Shown here: positions 37,125 to 48,695 of the stretch, in pieces | How positions within the stretch are numbered: the first letter of the stretch is position 1 | Layout of the letters: the number at the start of each line of letters is the position of its first letter | From: an uncultured Acidobacteriota bacterium | GTDB lineage: Bacteria; Acidobacteriota; Vicinamibacteria; Vicinamibacterales; UBA2999 | Assembly (NCBI GenBank): GCA_963772065.1 | Contig: CAVYVZ010000007.1 | Span: 212,249-276,248, forward strand | Direction of reading: 5' to 3' | DNA: 64,000 nucleotides | Translations under genes and position numbers: made by a program | The notes under the pieces: generated by a model | What the model was told of the DNA's origin: nothing | Database searches by the model: none | The model's input: the letters and a program-made list of their open reading frames with translations, nothing else

Positions 37125-37751
37125 ATGCCGACGCTCACGACGATGGCTCTCGCGGACCTGCTGGATGCGTTTGCGTCGAACGATCCCGTGCCAGGAGGCG
37201 GATCCGCATCCGCCGTCACCGGCGCCCTCGGCGTCTCGCTGCTGCTGATGGTGGCGGGAATGCAGAGGACACGATCGGGCACGCCTGAAGAAACCGCGGA
37301 CCTCGCGGAGGCGGCCGCGCGTCTGCGGCCGCTGCGCGACCGGTTGGCGACGCTCGCCGACGAGGACAGCGACGCCTACGCGACGGTCGCGGCGGCATTC
37401 AAGCTGCCCAAGGGATCGGACGAAGAGAAGGCGGCGCGTCGAGCCGCGATTCAAGCGGCCGGCCGCCGGGCCACCGACGTGCCGCTCGAGACGATGCGGG
37501 TGTGCCGCGATGCGCTGCGCCATTCGGTGATCGTGGCGCGCAACGGCAATCGCAACGCCACGAGCGACGTCGGCGTCGCGGTGGAGCTCCTGCTCGCCGG
37601 CCTCAAGGGCGCGGCCCTCAACGTCGACATCAACCTCGCCGGCCTGTCGGATCAGCCGTACGTGGAGCGCGCGCGATGGGAACGTCAGGACCTGGAGTTG
37701 ACGGGTGCCGATGAAGCGGGCCGGGCGCGCGGGCTACTGAATAGTGCCTGA
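37125..37751 (+). CDS. Formiminotetrahydrofolate cyclodeaminase-like (FTCD_C) protein
   Basis: ATG at 37125 gives MPTLTTMALADLLDAFASNDPVPGGGSASAVTGALGVSLLLMV. This is the last third of ORF 35841..37751. Confidence 0.8.
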   Translation: MPTLTTMALADLLDAFASNDPVPGGGSASAVTGALGVSLLLMVAGMQRTRSGTPEETADLAEAAARLRPLRDRLATLADEDSDAYATVAAAFKLPKGSDEEKAARRAAIQAAGRRATDVPLETMRVCRDALRHSVIVARNGNRNATSDVGVAVELLLAGLKGAALNVDINLAGLSDQPYVERARWERQDLELTGADEAGRARGLLNSA

Positions 37752-38090
37752 CGCGATGTTCCGGCCTTCGACCGTGAACGAGAGCTTCAGCGGGTACTTC
37801 TGGTGCGGAAAATACTCGACGAGCTGCTCGTAGTTCGCTTCGATCAGCGTGATCGGACCATTGCGCGTGACAACGATCTGATCCTCGGTGATCGGAATGA
37901 ACAGCTCATTCGCTTTCGAGAATGCCTGGCTGCGCAGGACTTCCGGCTGAGCCTGCCAGCCGAAGACCGCAAGCTGCTGCGCCGCATCCTTCAACTGGTA
38001 ATAGCTCCAGTACACGAGCGCGGCACGCGCCGTCCCGTTGATGATCGCGACCACGAGCGCGATCCGGAGCACCGACATGAGGTAACGCAT
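37734..38090 (-). CDS. Membrane-anchored hypothetical protein translationally coupled to lepB
   Basis: ORF track, 118 aa. The ATG overlaps the lepB stop by 1 nt (TGATG). N-terminal TM is SVLRIALVVAIINGTARAALVYW. Confidence 0.5.
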   Translation of the reverse strand: MRYLMSVLRIALVVAIINGTARAALVYWSYYQLKDAAQQLAVFGWQAQPEVLRSQAFSKANELFIPITEDQIVVTRNGPITLIEANYEQLVEYFPHQKYPLKLSFTVEGRNIASGTIQ

Positions 38091-38836
38091 CAGTGAATCT
38101 GGTGCAGTAGCCGGTCCCAGCGCGTCCTGGTGAAGAAGTGTGCAACCGTCGAGAAGACACCCCCCACCTGATCGCCGAGATCGGTCCGCTGATAATCTTC
38201 TCGGTCAGCCTCGTAGGACCAATAGACCATCAGCGCCTTTCCTTTGATGTAGCTCCGGGGCAGGAAGCCCCAGTACCGGCTGTCTTGCGAGTTGTCGCGG
38301 TTGTCTCCCATCGCGAAATAGTGGTCGGCCGGCACGGTAACCGGACCGTACCGCCGCCGCACGTCGAAGTCGGTGTGGTCGGCGTCCCCGGGCTGGCTGT
38401 CGTCCGGCGGCTCGAGAAAATGGACGTATGGCTCGTCGAGGGGCCGTCCGTTTATGAACACCCGCTTGTTGCGCAGCTCGATGGTCTCGCCGGGCAGCCC
38501 GATGATCCGCTTGATGAAGTCCCGTTCCGGCTCCTCGGGGTACTTGAAGACCACGACGTCTTGCCGCCGGATCGGTTCGATCGGCAGCAGCGTCTGCTCG
38601 AGGCCGGTCATCGTCGGGCCGAAGATGAATTTGTTGACGAGCAGATGATCGCCGATGAGCAGGTTGTTCTCCATCGACCCGGTCGGAATCTTGAACGCCT
38701 GCACCACGAACGTGCGGATGAAGAGCGCCAGGATGACGGCGATGACGATGGATTCGAAGTACTCACGCGCCGTGGACTTCTTGAATCCCGGCTCCACGGC
38801 CGGTGATTCGGCGTCCGCAGCCTGCCTCGCCTTCAT
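38090..38836 (-). CDS. lepB: Signal peptidase I
   Basis: The internal start MKARQAAD is at 38836 (ATGA overlap with the lepA stop). Motifs [10 protein letters not shown] and [14 protein letters not shown]. Confidence 0.9.
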   Translation of the reverse strand: MKARQAADAESPAVEPGFKKSTAREYFESIVIAVILALFIRTFVVQAFKIPTGSMENNLLIGDHLLVNKFIFGPTMTGLEQTLLPIEPIRRQDVVVFKYPEEPERDFIKRIIGLPGETIELRNKRVFINGRPLDEPYVHFLEPPDDSQPGDADHTDFDVRRRYGPVTVPADHYFAMGDNRDNSQDSRYWGFLPRSYIKGKALMVYWSYEADREDYQRTDLGDQVGGVFSTVAHFFTRTRWDRLLHQIH

Positions 38837-40636
38837 TCCGTCCCCACCTTGAGCACCGCGAGAAAGGCTTCCTGCGGGATCTCGACGCGCCCGACCCGTT
38901 TCATCCGCTTCTTCCCTTCCTTCTGCTTCTCGAGCAGCTTGCGCTTGCGGGTGATGTCGCCGCCGTAGCACTTCGCAAGGACGTTCTTTCGCAGCGCTTT
39001 CACGCTCTCGCGCGCGATCACCCGGTTGCCGATTGAAGCCTGGATCGCGATCTCGAACATCTGCCTCGGGATGAGCTCGCGCATCTTCGACGCCAGCGCA
39101 CGCCCGCGCTCATAAGCGGCGTCGCGGTGCACGATGATCGAGAGCGCGTCCACGGGCTCGCCATTGACCAGGATATCCATTTTGACGAGCGGCGACTCCC
39201 AATAGCCGGTCACGTGATAGTCGAGCGACGCGTAGCCGCGCGAGATGGTCTTCAGCCGATCATAGAAGTCCATCACGACCTCGTTGAACGGAAGCTCGTA
39301 GGTGATCAGCACGCGATCGGACTTCAGGTATTCGAGCTTCTTCTGGACGCCGCGCTTGTCCTGGCAGAGCTGCAGGATCGGCCCGACGTGCTCCGACGGC
39401 GTGAGAATCATGGCCGTGATCACCGGCTCTTCGAGCTTCGCGATCCGGCCCGCGTCTGGCAGCTTCGCAGGACTGTCGATTTCCTCCACGACGCCATCGG
39501 TCGTTGTCACGCGATAGAGCACCCCCGGCGCCGTCGTGACGAGGTCCATGTCGTACTCGCGCTCGAGGCGCTCCTGGACGATCTCCATGTGCAGGAGCCC
39601 GAGGAAGCCGCAGCGGAACCCGAAGCCCAGCGCGGCCGACGTTTCCGGCTCGTAGAAGAACGACGCGTCGTTCAACCGGAGCTTCTCGAGCGCTTCGCGC
39701 AGCTCCGAGGTACTGATGGCTCTCAACCGGGTACAGGCCGGCGAAGACCATCGGCTTCAACTCCTTGAAGCCCGGAAACGGCTCCGTCGTAGGACGGTTC
39801 ACCTCGGTGATCGTGTCGCCGATCTTCGCATCGGCCACGCGCTTGATGTTGGCGACCAGGAAGCCGACCTCGCCGACGCCAAGCTCCTCGACCGGTATGG
39901 CCTTCGGAGAAAAGACACCGAGGCCGTCGACCTCGTAGTCCTGTCCCTCTGCCATCAGCTTGATCTTCATCTTCGGCTTCATCACGCCGTCGATCACGCG
40001 CACGACGATGACGACCCCGCGGTACGCGTCGTACCAGGAGTCGAAGATGAGCGCCTTGAGCGGCGCGTCTGCGACGCCCGTTGGCGGATGGAAGCGAGCG
40101 ATCACCGCCTCGAGGATGTCCTGAACGCCGGTGCCCTCCTTGGCGCTCGCCAGGATGGCGTGGGAACTGTCGAGGCCGATGATGTCTTCGATCTGACGCT
40201 TGCACTCGTCGGGCTGCGCGCTCGGCAGGTCGATCTTGTTGATGACCGGAATGATCTCCAGGTTGTTCTCGACGGCGAGGTACGCGTTGGCGAGCGTCTG
40301 CGCCTCGACGCCCTGCGAGGCATCGACCAGCAGCAGCGCCCCCTCGCAGGCTGCGAGCGACCGGGTCACTTCGTAGCTGAAGTCGACATGCCCCGGGGTG
40401 TCGATGAGGTTCAGGACGTACTGCTCACCCGACTTGCTCGTGTAGTTCAGGCGGACCGGATGCGCCTTGATCGTGATGCCGCGCTCCCGCTCGAGATCCA
40501 TCGCGTCGAGGACCTGCGCCTCCATCTCGCGTGGTTGCAGGGCGCCGGTCAGCTCGAGGAAACGATCGGCCAGCGTCGACTTGCCATGGTCGATGTGCGC
40601 GATGATCGAGAAGTTGCGGATGTAGCGCTGGTCCAT
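38833..40636 (-). CDS. lepA: Translation elongation factor 4 (LepA); frame break near 39709
   Basis: The start [21 protein letters not shown] is at 40636. ORF 39260..40705 is joined to ORF 38833..39726. Deleting one C from taCctcgg restores ..[24 protein letters not shown].. Confidence 0.93.
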
Positions 40637-40752
40637 TGAGTTACGAACACTCAATTGTATCAGTCCGAACGCGTCGTCACGCTTTTCGTCCCTCGGTCCG
40701 CACATCGCCTCGACGATCTGCTAGCATGCGGGTCCTTCCCGGAGGTGTGGAT

Positions 40753-43558
40753 ATGCTCGCCTCACGAAAACGACGTCCTCGCATTCTCTTATTCGCCTTT
40801 CTGTTCATCGCTGCCGTCCGACCGGCCATCGCGCAGAACCCGACGTTTGCCGTCGAAGGCATCGTCGAGGACGCGCAGCAGGCGGTGCTGCCCGGCGCGA
40901 CGGTGACCATTCAGAACGTGTCGACCGGGTTGAGTCGGACCATCACGACCGACGCGGGCGGCCGCTTCGTCGCCACCGCGCTGCCGCCGGAGGGCCGCTA
41001 CAACATCAAGGTCGAGCTCACGGGGTTCGCGAGCGAGGTGCGCGAAAACCTGGTGTTCAACGCGGGTCAGCGCGTCGTGCTGAATTTCGCGCTGAAGCTA
41101 TCGAGCGTTCAGGAAACGATCACCGTGGCGGGCGACGCGCCACTGGTGCAGACGACGTCCGCCGAGGTGACGAGCACGATCGATCAGCGCGCGTTCGAGA
41201 CGCTGCCGGTGAAGGAGCGCAACTACTTCCGACTGCTGACGCTCGACTCCAACGTGGTGGCCGCGGGCACCGGCTCGAACGCCGTCAACGTCGGCGGCGG
41301 CGAGGTGTGGAACTTCGGGACGTACGTCGACGGCACCAACAATCACTCGAAGTGGCTGACGCTGCAGCGCGCGCCGCAGCTCGGGTCGAGCGGCTTCGCG
41401 ATCGAGACCGTGAAGGAAGTGCAGCTCATCACCAACCAGTTCTCCGCCGAATTCGGCGGCCACTCCGCTGGCGTGGCGAGCATGATCACGAAGAGCGGCA
41501 CGAACGCCGTGAACGGCAGCGCATTCGTCATGGCCCGCCCCGGCGACTGGGACGCGCGGCCGCCGCTGTCGCCGGTCAAGGCGCCGTACAACCAGCAGCA
41601 GTTCGGCGGCACGATCGGCGGGCCGATCGTCCGCGACCGCATCTTCTACTTCGGCAGCTACGAGCGCCGGCGCGAGCGAAGCTCGGTGACCGTCACGTCG
41701 GCCGAAGCATTCGGCATCGTCGTGCCGACTCCGGCGGACGAGCACCAGGGACATTTCAAGGGCGACATCCGCTTCTCGGAGAAGAACTCGCTCGGCGTGC
41801 GCTACAACATGGTTCGGTGGAAGAAGGACAACGAGAGCGGCGGCTTGAACCTGCCGGGGACCGGCTTCATGTGGGACAACAACGTGGACACGGTCCACGG
41901 CAACTTTCTGACCGTGGTGTCCGACCGCTTCCTGAACGAAGTGCGCGGCCAGTACTCACGCTACACCGATCGTCGCGCCGCGAAATGCGACTGCGTGTCC
42001 ATTCAGCGTCAGGGCTTCAGCAACAGCGGCGGCTACGATCAGGGCACGTGGGGCGTGCTGCCGGAGCAGACCTACGACGTCTCCAACACCGTTTCGCTAT
42101 GGATGGGCAATCACAGCATCAAGACGGGCGCATCGTTCACGTACGACGTCACCGATCAGCTCTTCCAGCCTCTGCAGAACGGCGTGTATACGTTCAGCGG
42201 CGCGCCCAACGTCGCTCCCAACCCGATTCGCTACCAGCAGTCGTTCGCGCTGACGCCCGAAGCGCGCCTGATGTTCCCCAAGGCGTACGTCTTCGCCGGC
42301 TTTCTCCAGGACGACTGGCGGGCGCGGAGCAACCTGACCCTCAATTTCGGCCTCCGTTACGAGGTGGAGACCATCAAGGACATCCCGGACTGGCCGGCGG
42401 GCACGGACGCGAACAACATCGACCCGCGCGTCGGATTCGCCTGGGATCCAAAGGGGGACCAGAAGTGGTCGATTCGCGGCGGCGTCGGCCGGTTCACGCA
42501 GCAGCATCCCATCTTCACGATCGTCAAGGGAGGCGTCGGCGGGCGCAACGGCCAGGTGACCGTGACACTGACGCCGGCCGACGCGCTCTTCCCGCCGTTC
42601 CCGAACGCGTTGCCGGCGTTCCCCCCGGGCGCCGTGCTGCCTGCGCGCAGCATCCAGGAGATCTCTCCCGACCTCGAGAACGAACACGCCTGGACCACCA
42701 GCTTCGGGTTCCAGCGCCAGCTCGGTTCGCGGACCGCGATTCAAGTGGACGCCAACATCAACCGCGGCAGGAAGCACGGGTTCCTCGACATCAATCAGCC
42801 CGTGCCCATCCCCAAAGACGTGCTCAACGCGGCGCTCAGCGCCAACCCGAACGCCGTCGTCCGCACGCTGGCGCAGGCGGATGCCACGCGACCGAGCCCT
42901 GCGGTGCCAAACGGTTTCCGGCACATGGATCTCCTGACAAATGAAGGACGCTTCTGGTACGAGGGCGTTCGGATTGCGATGCAGCATCGCACCGAGCCGC
43001 TGCAGATCACGGCGTCGTACACGGCGTCGCGCGCCGAGGATCGGCTGAATCACTGGTTCTCGCCCGAGGACAGCTCGGATCCGGAGCTCGATCGCGGCCC
43101 GAGCGGCGCCAGCACACCGCACAATTTCGTGACCAGCGCGATGTGGAACATGCCGGGCAGCGGACCGGTGTTGGCGAGGGTGGCAGCTCAGCATGGTTTC
43201 GCATCACCAGAGTGGTTCTCCGTACACGATCCGTTACGCCGGCGACCCCACGGGCGCCGGTGCCGGGCTGGGCGCCGCTTGCAACTCGCGCGGGTGCCAG
43301 TTCAGCAGACCAGGTGAGCGCGGTTCCGCCCGCGGCATGTTCATGAACTGGGCGGACATCTCGCTGGCGCGCACGTTTCCCGTCGGGCCGGACCGCCTCG
43401 AGTTCCGTGCCGACGTGTTCAATGTCCTCAACAACTGGAACCTGCTGTCGGGTGGCTACATCAACCTCGTGGGCAACCCGCGGTTCGGGCAGCACAGCGG
43501 CGGTTCGAACGTCCTGCCGGGCCGTCAGTTCCAGTTCGCCGGGACGTACCGGTTCTGA
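40753..43558 (+). CDS. TonB-dependent receptor with an N-terminal CarboxypepD_reg-like domain; frame break near 43177
   Basis: ATG at 40753 follows GGAGG. A signal peptide is present, then VEGIVEDAQQAVLPGATVTIQN..GRF. The C-terminal part is ORF 43193..43558, ending ..FQFAGTYRF. Confidence 0.85.
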
Positions 43559-44127
43559 TGCGACCGCTCCTCGTCGCGCTCGCCTTTCTGTTTGCATACC
43601 AGGACGCGCCGCTTCCGCGCGTCCTGGTCCAGACCGATCTCGGGGACATCGAGATCGCGGTCGATACCAAGCGGGCCCCGATCTCCGGCGGCTTGTTCCT
43701 GAAGCAGGTCGACGCGGGCATGTACAACGGCGGTCAGTTTCATCGCACGGTCAAGATGGACAACCAGCCGAACAACGACGTGAAGATCGAGGTCATCCAG
43801 GGGAGCATCGCCGCGGCCCGGGAAAAGGAGCTCGGCGATCCGATTCCGTTGGAGCGCACGACCGTGACGGGATTGAAGCATACCGACGGCTGCGTCTCGA
43901 CGCCGCGAGGGGCACCCGAGAGCGCGCGGACGGGATTCTTCATCTGCATCAACGATCAGCCGTCGCTCGACTTCGGCGGCAAACGCAATCCCGACGGCCA
44001 AGGCTTCGCCGCTTTCGGGCGGGTCGTGCGTGGAATGGAGGTCGTCCGGAAGATTCAACAGGCGCCCAACAAGGACGCCCAACTGCTGACGCCGCCGATC
44101 ACCATCACGTCGATCAAGAGGTTGTGA
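43558..44127 (+). CDS. Cyclophilin-type peptidyl-prolyl isomerase, secreted
   Basis: ORF track, 189 aa. The ATG overlaps the upstream TGA. Motifs GGQFHRTV, FFICINDQPSLDF and FGRVVRGMEVVRKI. Confidence 0.88.
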   Translation: MRPLLVALAFLFAYQDAPLPRVLVQTDLGDIEIAVDTKRAPISGGLFLKQVDAGMYNGGQFHRTVKMDNQPNNDVKIEVIQGSIAAAREKELGDPIPLERTTVTGLKHTDGCVSTPRGAPESARTGFFICINDQPSLDFGGKRNPDGQGFAAFGRVVRGMEVVRKIQQAPNKDAQLLTPPITITSIKRL

Positions 44128-44130
44128 TTC

Positions 44131-44640
44131 GTGACAGTCCCTGCGTATCAACTCGCTCAGCTCAACGTCGCGCGGATGACGGCGCCGCTGACCGATCCGG
44201 TCATGGCCGACTTCGTCGCCAACCTCGAACCGATCAACGCGCGTGCCGAGCGCAGCCCTGGCTTCGTCTGGCGGTTCCAGACCGACGGCGGCGACGCGAC
44301 CGCAGTTCGCCCGTACGACGACGACCGGATCATCATCAACTTCTCCGTCTGGGAAGATGCGGCCTCGCTGCGCGAGTTCGTCTATCGTGGCGATCACGCT
44401 GGCATCATGAAGCGCCGCCGCGAATGGTTCGAGCGTCTCGACGATCTGTACCTCGTCCTCTGGTGGGTGCCAGCCGGCCATCGTCCGTCGGTGCAGGAAG
44501 CCGTCGAGCGACTCGAGCACCTGAAACAGCACGGCCCGTCGCGGGAGGCGTTCACGTTTCGCGAGCCGTATCCGATGCCCGGCGCGACGGCGAGCGACCT
44601 CGTCACCGGGATCGACGATGCCTGTTCCGCGTGGACCTAG
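44131..44640 (+). CDS. DUF3291-like protein
   Basis: ORF track, 169 aa. YQLAQLNVARM..PGFVWRFQ..INFSVWEDAASLREFVY matches my recollection of DUF3291. Confidence 0.7.
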   Translation: MTVPAYQLAQLNVARMTAPLTDPVMADFVANLEPINARAERSPGFVWRFQTDGGDATAVRPYDDDRIIINFSVWEDAASLREFVYRGDHAGIMKRRREWFERLDDLYLVLWWVPAGHRPSVQEAVERLEHLKQHGPSREAFTFREPYPMPGATASDLVTGIDDACSAWT

Positions 44641-44935
44641 AGCCAATGAGTGTGGACAGACGATTCTCCTCGACTCGCGCTCCAGCCGTGAGGAGCTCAT
44701 TGGCGAGGTGAAGCGCCTGCGAGCCGGCATTCGCGAGCATCGCGACACTTCTCTCCACGCACTGTGCTGGCATCATCCGCAGCTGTGGGGACTTCTGCCG
44801 GAGCAATCCGACCCGCAGCCCGTGGTGCCCGACTGGCCGCAGTTCATGCGCGGCTGCATCCGGTATCGGCAGTCGCTCGACGAGCAGCTGCCTCACGCGC
44901 CGCGCAAGGGGACCGAATTCGGCGACAACACCTGA
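44618..44935 (+). CDS. Small conserved-looking hypothetical protein
   Basis: ORF track, 105 aa. Sequence ..HALCWHHPQLWGLLPE..PDWPQFMRGCIRYRQSLDEQ. The start is uncertain, since it overlaps the previous gene by 23 nt. Confidence 0.45.
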   Translation: MPVPRGPRANECGQTILLDSRSSREELIGEVKRLRAGIREHRDTSLHALCWHHPQLWGLLPEQSDPQPVVPDWPQFMRGCIRYRQSLDEQLPHAPRKGTEFGDNT

Positions 44936-44940
44936 CCGGG

Positions 44941-45393
44941 TCAGCGCGCGCGCAGCCGCTCACGCTGCGCGATGACCACCAGCGTCGAGGTGCACTTGGC
45001 GACCAGCGTCCGCTCGTCGCCGTCCAACGAGAACACCTCCGATTCGGCGACGACGATGGTCCGGCCGGCGCGCAGCGTCCGCCCGACGCATGTGAGTGGA
45101 CGATTGGGCGCGGCGCGCAGGAAGTTCATCTTGAACTCCACCGTGAGGACGTCGGAGCCCTCTGGAACGCTCGCCCGGGCGGCGCCGCCAGCCGTGTGAT
45201 CCGCCAGCGTGGTGATCAAGCCGGCATGGACGTATCCATGCTGCTGGAGATGCGCCGCCTGCGGCGTCAGCGCAGTCTCGCACCAGCCTGGACCGGCGGC
45301 CACGAGCACGATCCCAAGGTGGCTCACGAATGCCGCGTCTTCGAAGATCGGCGCGACACGCTCGACGAGGTTCGCGGAAGGGTCCTGACCCAT
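44941..45393 (-). CDS. PaaI-family (hotdog fold) thioesterase
   Basis: ORF track, 150 aa. Sequence ..HLQQHGYVHAGLITTLADHTAGGAA..VEFKMNFLRAA.. Confidence 0.8.
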   Translation of the reverse strand: MGQDPSANLVERVAPIFEDAAFVSHLGIVLVAAGPGWCETALTPQAAHLQQHGYVHAGLITTLADHTAGGAARASVPEGSDVLTVEFKMNFLRAAPNRPLTCVGRTLRAGRTIVVAESEVFSLDGDERTLVAKCTSTLVVIAQRERLRAR

Positions 45394-45458
45394 CTTCAGA
45401 TCATTCCCGAGATCGACCGGGCCGCGTCCTACTTACATCATGGCGCCCGCGATTGACG

Positions 45459-48400
45459 TCAGGGCTGCGACGTCGTGGTCGGCCGCACGACTGGCCACGG
45501 CACCGTGATCGGAAGAATCTTCAGTCGTGTGATCTGATCGTTCAGCTGCTTCAGCTCCGTCACGAGCACTCGATCGACCTCGGCCGACAGCTTCTCGACC
45601 TCCACCTGCGCCGCGGCAAGCCTGGCCGACTGCACGGTTGTGGGCCCGTGCAGCGTTCCCTGTTGCACGCCGGTACCGTCGATCTCGTTGACGAGCGTGT
45701 TGACCCGCGACCGCAGTCCACTGCCGCCGCCACCTTCCTCGTCGCCGCCTCCGCCACCGCCGATGCGACGTTGGACCTCCTCGATGGATGCCGCGAAGCG
45801 CGTCGCGGCATCCACGGTCCGTGCGGTCGCGCGCGCGGTCGTGAGCTGTTCCTGCACCGACGTCAGCTGCGTGCGCCCTTCTCCCAGTGCCACGCCTGCG
45901 GCCTGGAGCCTTCCCTGAAGAACGCCTGCGTCCGTCAGGAAGCGGAATCGCGACGCGCGCTCCTCGTCGGTCAGCGGAAACTCCGAGTCCCAGTCGACGC
46001 GCAGGGGCGCGGAGAGGCGATCTCCGGCCGCGGACAGGTGCACTCGATACGCGCCCGGCAGGACGAAGGGTCCGCGTGCATTCGGCACGTCGGGCCGGGT
46101 TGCGCGCAGGTCCCACACGGCGCGGTTCAGCCCCGCCTCTCCCGGCACGTCGAGCTCGCGCACGAGCACGCCTTTCTCGTCGCGTACGGCCAGCTTCATC
46201 CCCTGCCGTGCGGCCTTCATGTAGTAGTGCACGATCGCGCCCCGAGGAGGATTCGGACCGATGAACTGCCGTTGCGCGCCGTAGCTCTCGTGCTTCCAGA
46301 GCTGCATCACCGTGGCCGATCGCGGGAGGAACAACTGAAAGTCCAGCGTCCAGGTCTCGGCCGTGACGGCGCCGAGCCACGAGATGTCGTCCAGCACGTA
46401 CAGCGAGCGGCCGTGCGTGGCGACGATCAGGTCGCCGTCGCGCGGGTGAATCACGAGGTCGTCCACCGGGACGGTCGGGAACGCGCCGGTGAACGGCGCC
46501 CAGCGGCGACCGCCGTCGACGCTGACAAACAGTCCCGTCTCGGTACCGACGAACAGCACCTGTGGGTTCGCGGGATGCTCGCGAACGACGTTGATCCATC
46601 CGCGCGGCGGCAGCCCGGCCGCGATGCTCGTCCACGTCTGTCCAAAGTCGCGCGTGACGTACAGGTACGGCGCGAAGTCGTCGTACTCATGACGATCGAC
46701 GGCCAGGTACGCCGTGCCCGCGTTGACGTGTGACGGCTCGACGCGACTGATGCGGCCGCGGGTCTTCAGCGTCGGCACGTGGTCCTGCAGAAGCGTCCAG
46801 GTCGCCGCGGCGTCCCGCGACACCGCCACGCTGCCATCGTCGGTGCCGGCCCACAGCAGTCCGGGTGTCACGCGCGACTCGGCGAGCGTGGTGATCGTTC
46901 CCCACGCCGCTACGCCATCGTGCCGAGCGAGCATCTCGGCAGAGGGCAGCACGCCCATGATGGACTGCGTGTCACGGTCTTCCGCGCGTGTGAGATCGTT
47001 GCTGGCGGTCCACGTGTCGCCGCGATCGCGCGAAGTGAACACCCGGTTCCCCCCGAGATACACGCGTTTCGAATCGTGCGGTGAGATGACGATCGGCGCG
47101 GTCCAGTTGAAGCGGTAGGGCGGCTGCCCCGCGGGCGGGTGCGGCTTGATGGATCGGCGATCGCCCGTCGTGCGATGGAAGCGGACGATGTTTCCATCTT
47201 GCGACTCGGTGTAGACGATATCGGGATCGGACGGGTCGACCTGCGCGTACATCCCGTCGCCGAAGTTGATCTGGAACCAGTCGCCGTTCGTGATGCCGAT
47301 CTGATGCCGCGTCGCGCTCGGGCCTCCCCACGAATGGGTGTCCTGAAGTCCGCCGTAGATGTTGTACGGCTTCGCCATGTCGACGCCGATGCCGTAGAAC
47401 TGCGCGAGCGGAATGTTGGCGACCTTGTCCCACGTCACGCTCGCGTCGAAGGAGAAGTAGAGCCCGCCGTCATTGCCGAGAATCAAGTGCTTCGAGTTCG
47501 CCGGGTTGATCCAGAGCGCATGGTGATCGCCGTGGACGCCGACGTCGTAGGTCGGACTCATGCCCTGATTCGCTCCGGGGCGGCCGGTCGTCGGATCCAC
47601 GAACGTCTTCCCGCCATCGTCGGAGACGAACATCGAGGCACCGAGCACGTAGATGCGCCGATCGTCCTGCGGGTCGATGTGGATTTTGCTGTAGTACATC
47701 GGCCGAGGGTTCAGCGAATTGATCTTGCGCCACGTCGCGCCGGCGTCGTCCGAGCGGAAGATGCCGCCGTTCTCGCGGTGTTCGACTGTCGCATACAGCA
47801 CCTGCGGATTCCTGCGCCAGACGGCCAGGCCGATGCGACCGAGGATGCCTTGCGGCAGCCCGCCGGCCAGCTTCGTCCAGGTGCGGCCGCCGTCCGTGCT
47901 CTTGTGAATGCCTCCGCCGGGACCGCCCCCGTTGAAGCCCCATGGCGCGCGGCGGCGCTGATAGGCCGCGGCATAGAGCACCTCGCGGTTCTGCGCATCA
48001 ATCGCCATGTCGACGACGCCCGTGTCTTCGTTGATGAAGAGAACGTTCGTCCACGTGCGACCGCCGTCGATCGTCTTGAAGACGCCGCGTTCCTTGTTCG
48101 GCCCCCACAAATGACCGAGCGCCGCCACGTACACGATGTCGGGATCGGATGGATCGACGATGACGCGGCCGATGTGATGGGAATCGCGCAGGCCGGCGTG
48201 CGTCCAGCTGCGGCCGCCGTCGCTCGACCGGTAGACGCCGTCGCCGAACGTGGAGCTCTGACGATTGTTCGGCTCGCCCGTTCCGACCCACACGATGTCG
48301 GGGTTCGACGGCGCAAGCGCGATGTCGCCGATCGATGAGACGCTCTGTCGATCGAACAGCGGCGTCCACGTCGTGCCCGCGTTGATGCTCTTCCACAAAC

Positions 48401-48605
48401 CGCCCGACGCCGCGCCGACGTAGATCACGGACGGATTGCGTTCGTCCACCGCCACATCGTCGATCCGCCCCCCCATCACGGCGGGACCGATCGCGCGCCA
48501 TGGAAGCCGGCTCAGAAAGCCGTCGTCGAGCTGCTGTGCGTCGACGCGATACGCGAAGGCGAGAACAACGAGCCACAACGTTGCCGATCGTGCGGTGCGG
48601 AGCAT
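45459..48605 (-). CDS. Sortilin/VPS10-like BNR repeat protein (intact paralogue)
   Basis: ORF track, 1048 aa, with a signal peptide. Many Asp-boxes are present (KSINAGTTW, RSSDGGRSW, KTIDGGRTW, KSTDGGRTW, RSDDAGATW ...). Confidence 0.9.
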   Translation of the reverse strand: MLRTARSATLWLVVLAFAYRVDAQQLDDGFLSRLPWRAIGPAVMGGRIDDVAVDERNPSVIYVGAASGGLWKSINAGTTWTPLFDRQSVSSIGDIALAPSNPDIVWVGTGEPNNRQSSTFGDGVYRSSDGGRSWTHAGLRDSHHIGRVIVDPSDPDIVYVAALGHLWGPNKERGVFKTIDGGRTWTNVLFINEDTGVVDMAIDAQNREVLYAAAYQRRRAPWGFNGGGPGGGIHKSTDGGRTWTKLAGGLPQGILGRIGLAVWRRNPQVLYATVEHRENGGIFRSDDAGATWRKINSLNPRPMYYSKIHIDPQDDRRIYVLGASMFVSDDGGKTFVDPTTGRPGANQGMSPTYDVGVHGDHHALWINPANSKHLILGNDGGLYFSFDASVTWDKVANIPLAQFYGIGVDMAKPYNIYGGLQDTHSWGGPSATRHQIGITNGDWFQINFGDGMYAQVDPSDPDIVYTESQDGNIVRFHRTTGDRRSIKPHPPAGQPPYRFNWTAPIVISPHDSKRVYLGGNRVFTSRDRGDTWTASNDLTRAEDRDTQSIMGVLPSAEMLARHDGVAAWGTITTLAESRVTPGLLWAGTDDGSVAVSRDAAATWTLLQDHVPTLKTRGRISRVEPSHVNAGTAYLAVDRHEYDDFAPYLYVTRDFGQTWTSIAAGLPPRGWINVVREHPANPQVLFVGTETGLFVSVDGGRRWAPFTGAFPTVPVDDLVIHPRDGDLIVATHGRSLYVLDDISWLGAVTAETWTLDFQLFLPRSATVMQLWKHESYGAQRQFIGPNPPRGAIVHYYMKAARQGMKLAVRDEKGVLVRELDVPGEAGLNRAVWDLRATRPDVPNARGPFVLPGAYRVHLSAAGDRLSAPLRVDWDSEFPLTDEERASRFRFLTDAGVLQGRLQAAGVALGEGRTQLTSVQEQLTTARATARTVDAATRFAASIEEVQRRIGGGGGGDEEGGGGSGLRSRVNTLVNEIDGTGVQQGTLHGPTTVQSARLAAAQVEVEKLSAEVDRVLVTELKQLNDQITRLKILPITVPWPVVRPTTTSQP

Positions 48606-48695
48606 GGCACCTCGTTTCGCGCGGGATTCTACACGACGATTGACTCAGGTATTCGGCGGGGGCTAGTGTGAGCGCTCCGCTCAGGAGGTCCGCCC

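Noticed and set aside
35841-37751. Single 636-aa ORF that could be read as a HutI-cyclodeaminase fusion protein
   Set aside because: The middle ~100 residues (..GRAGGARHRCQPGRWLLAVDAV..) are off-frame nonsense. The true HutI C-terminus is in ORF 36805..37098, which has its own stop, and the cyclodeaminase has its own ATG at 37125. The apparent fusion comes from a 1-nt frame break together with an open alternative frame.
40637-40752. Possible riboswitch (for example cobalamin) in the 116-nt leader of the TonB-dependent receptor
   Set aside because: I see only a 6-bp hairpin (ttgagt..actcaa). I could not find a B12-box-like or other riboswitch core motif, and the region is too short for known TonB-associated riboswitches. 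This is unverifiable without a covariance-model search.
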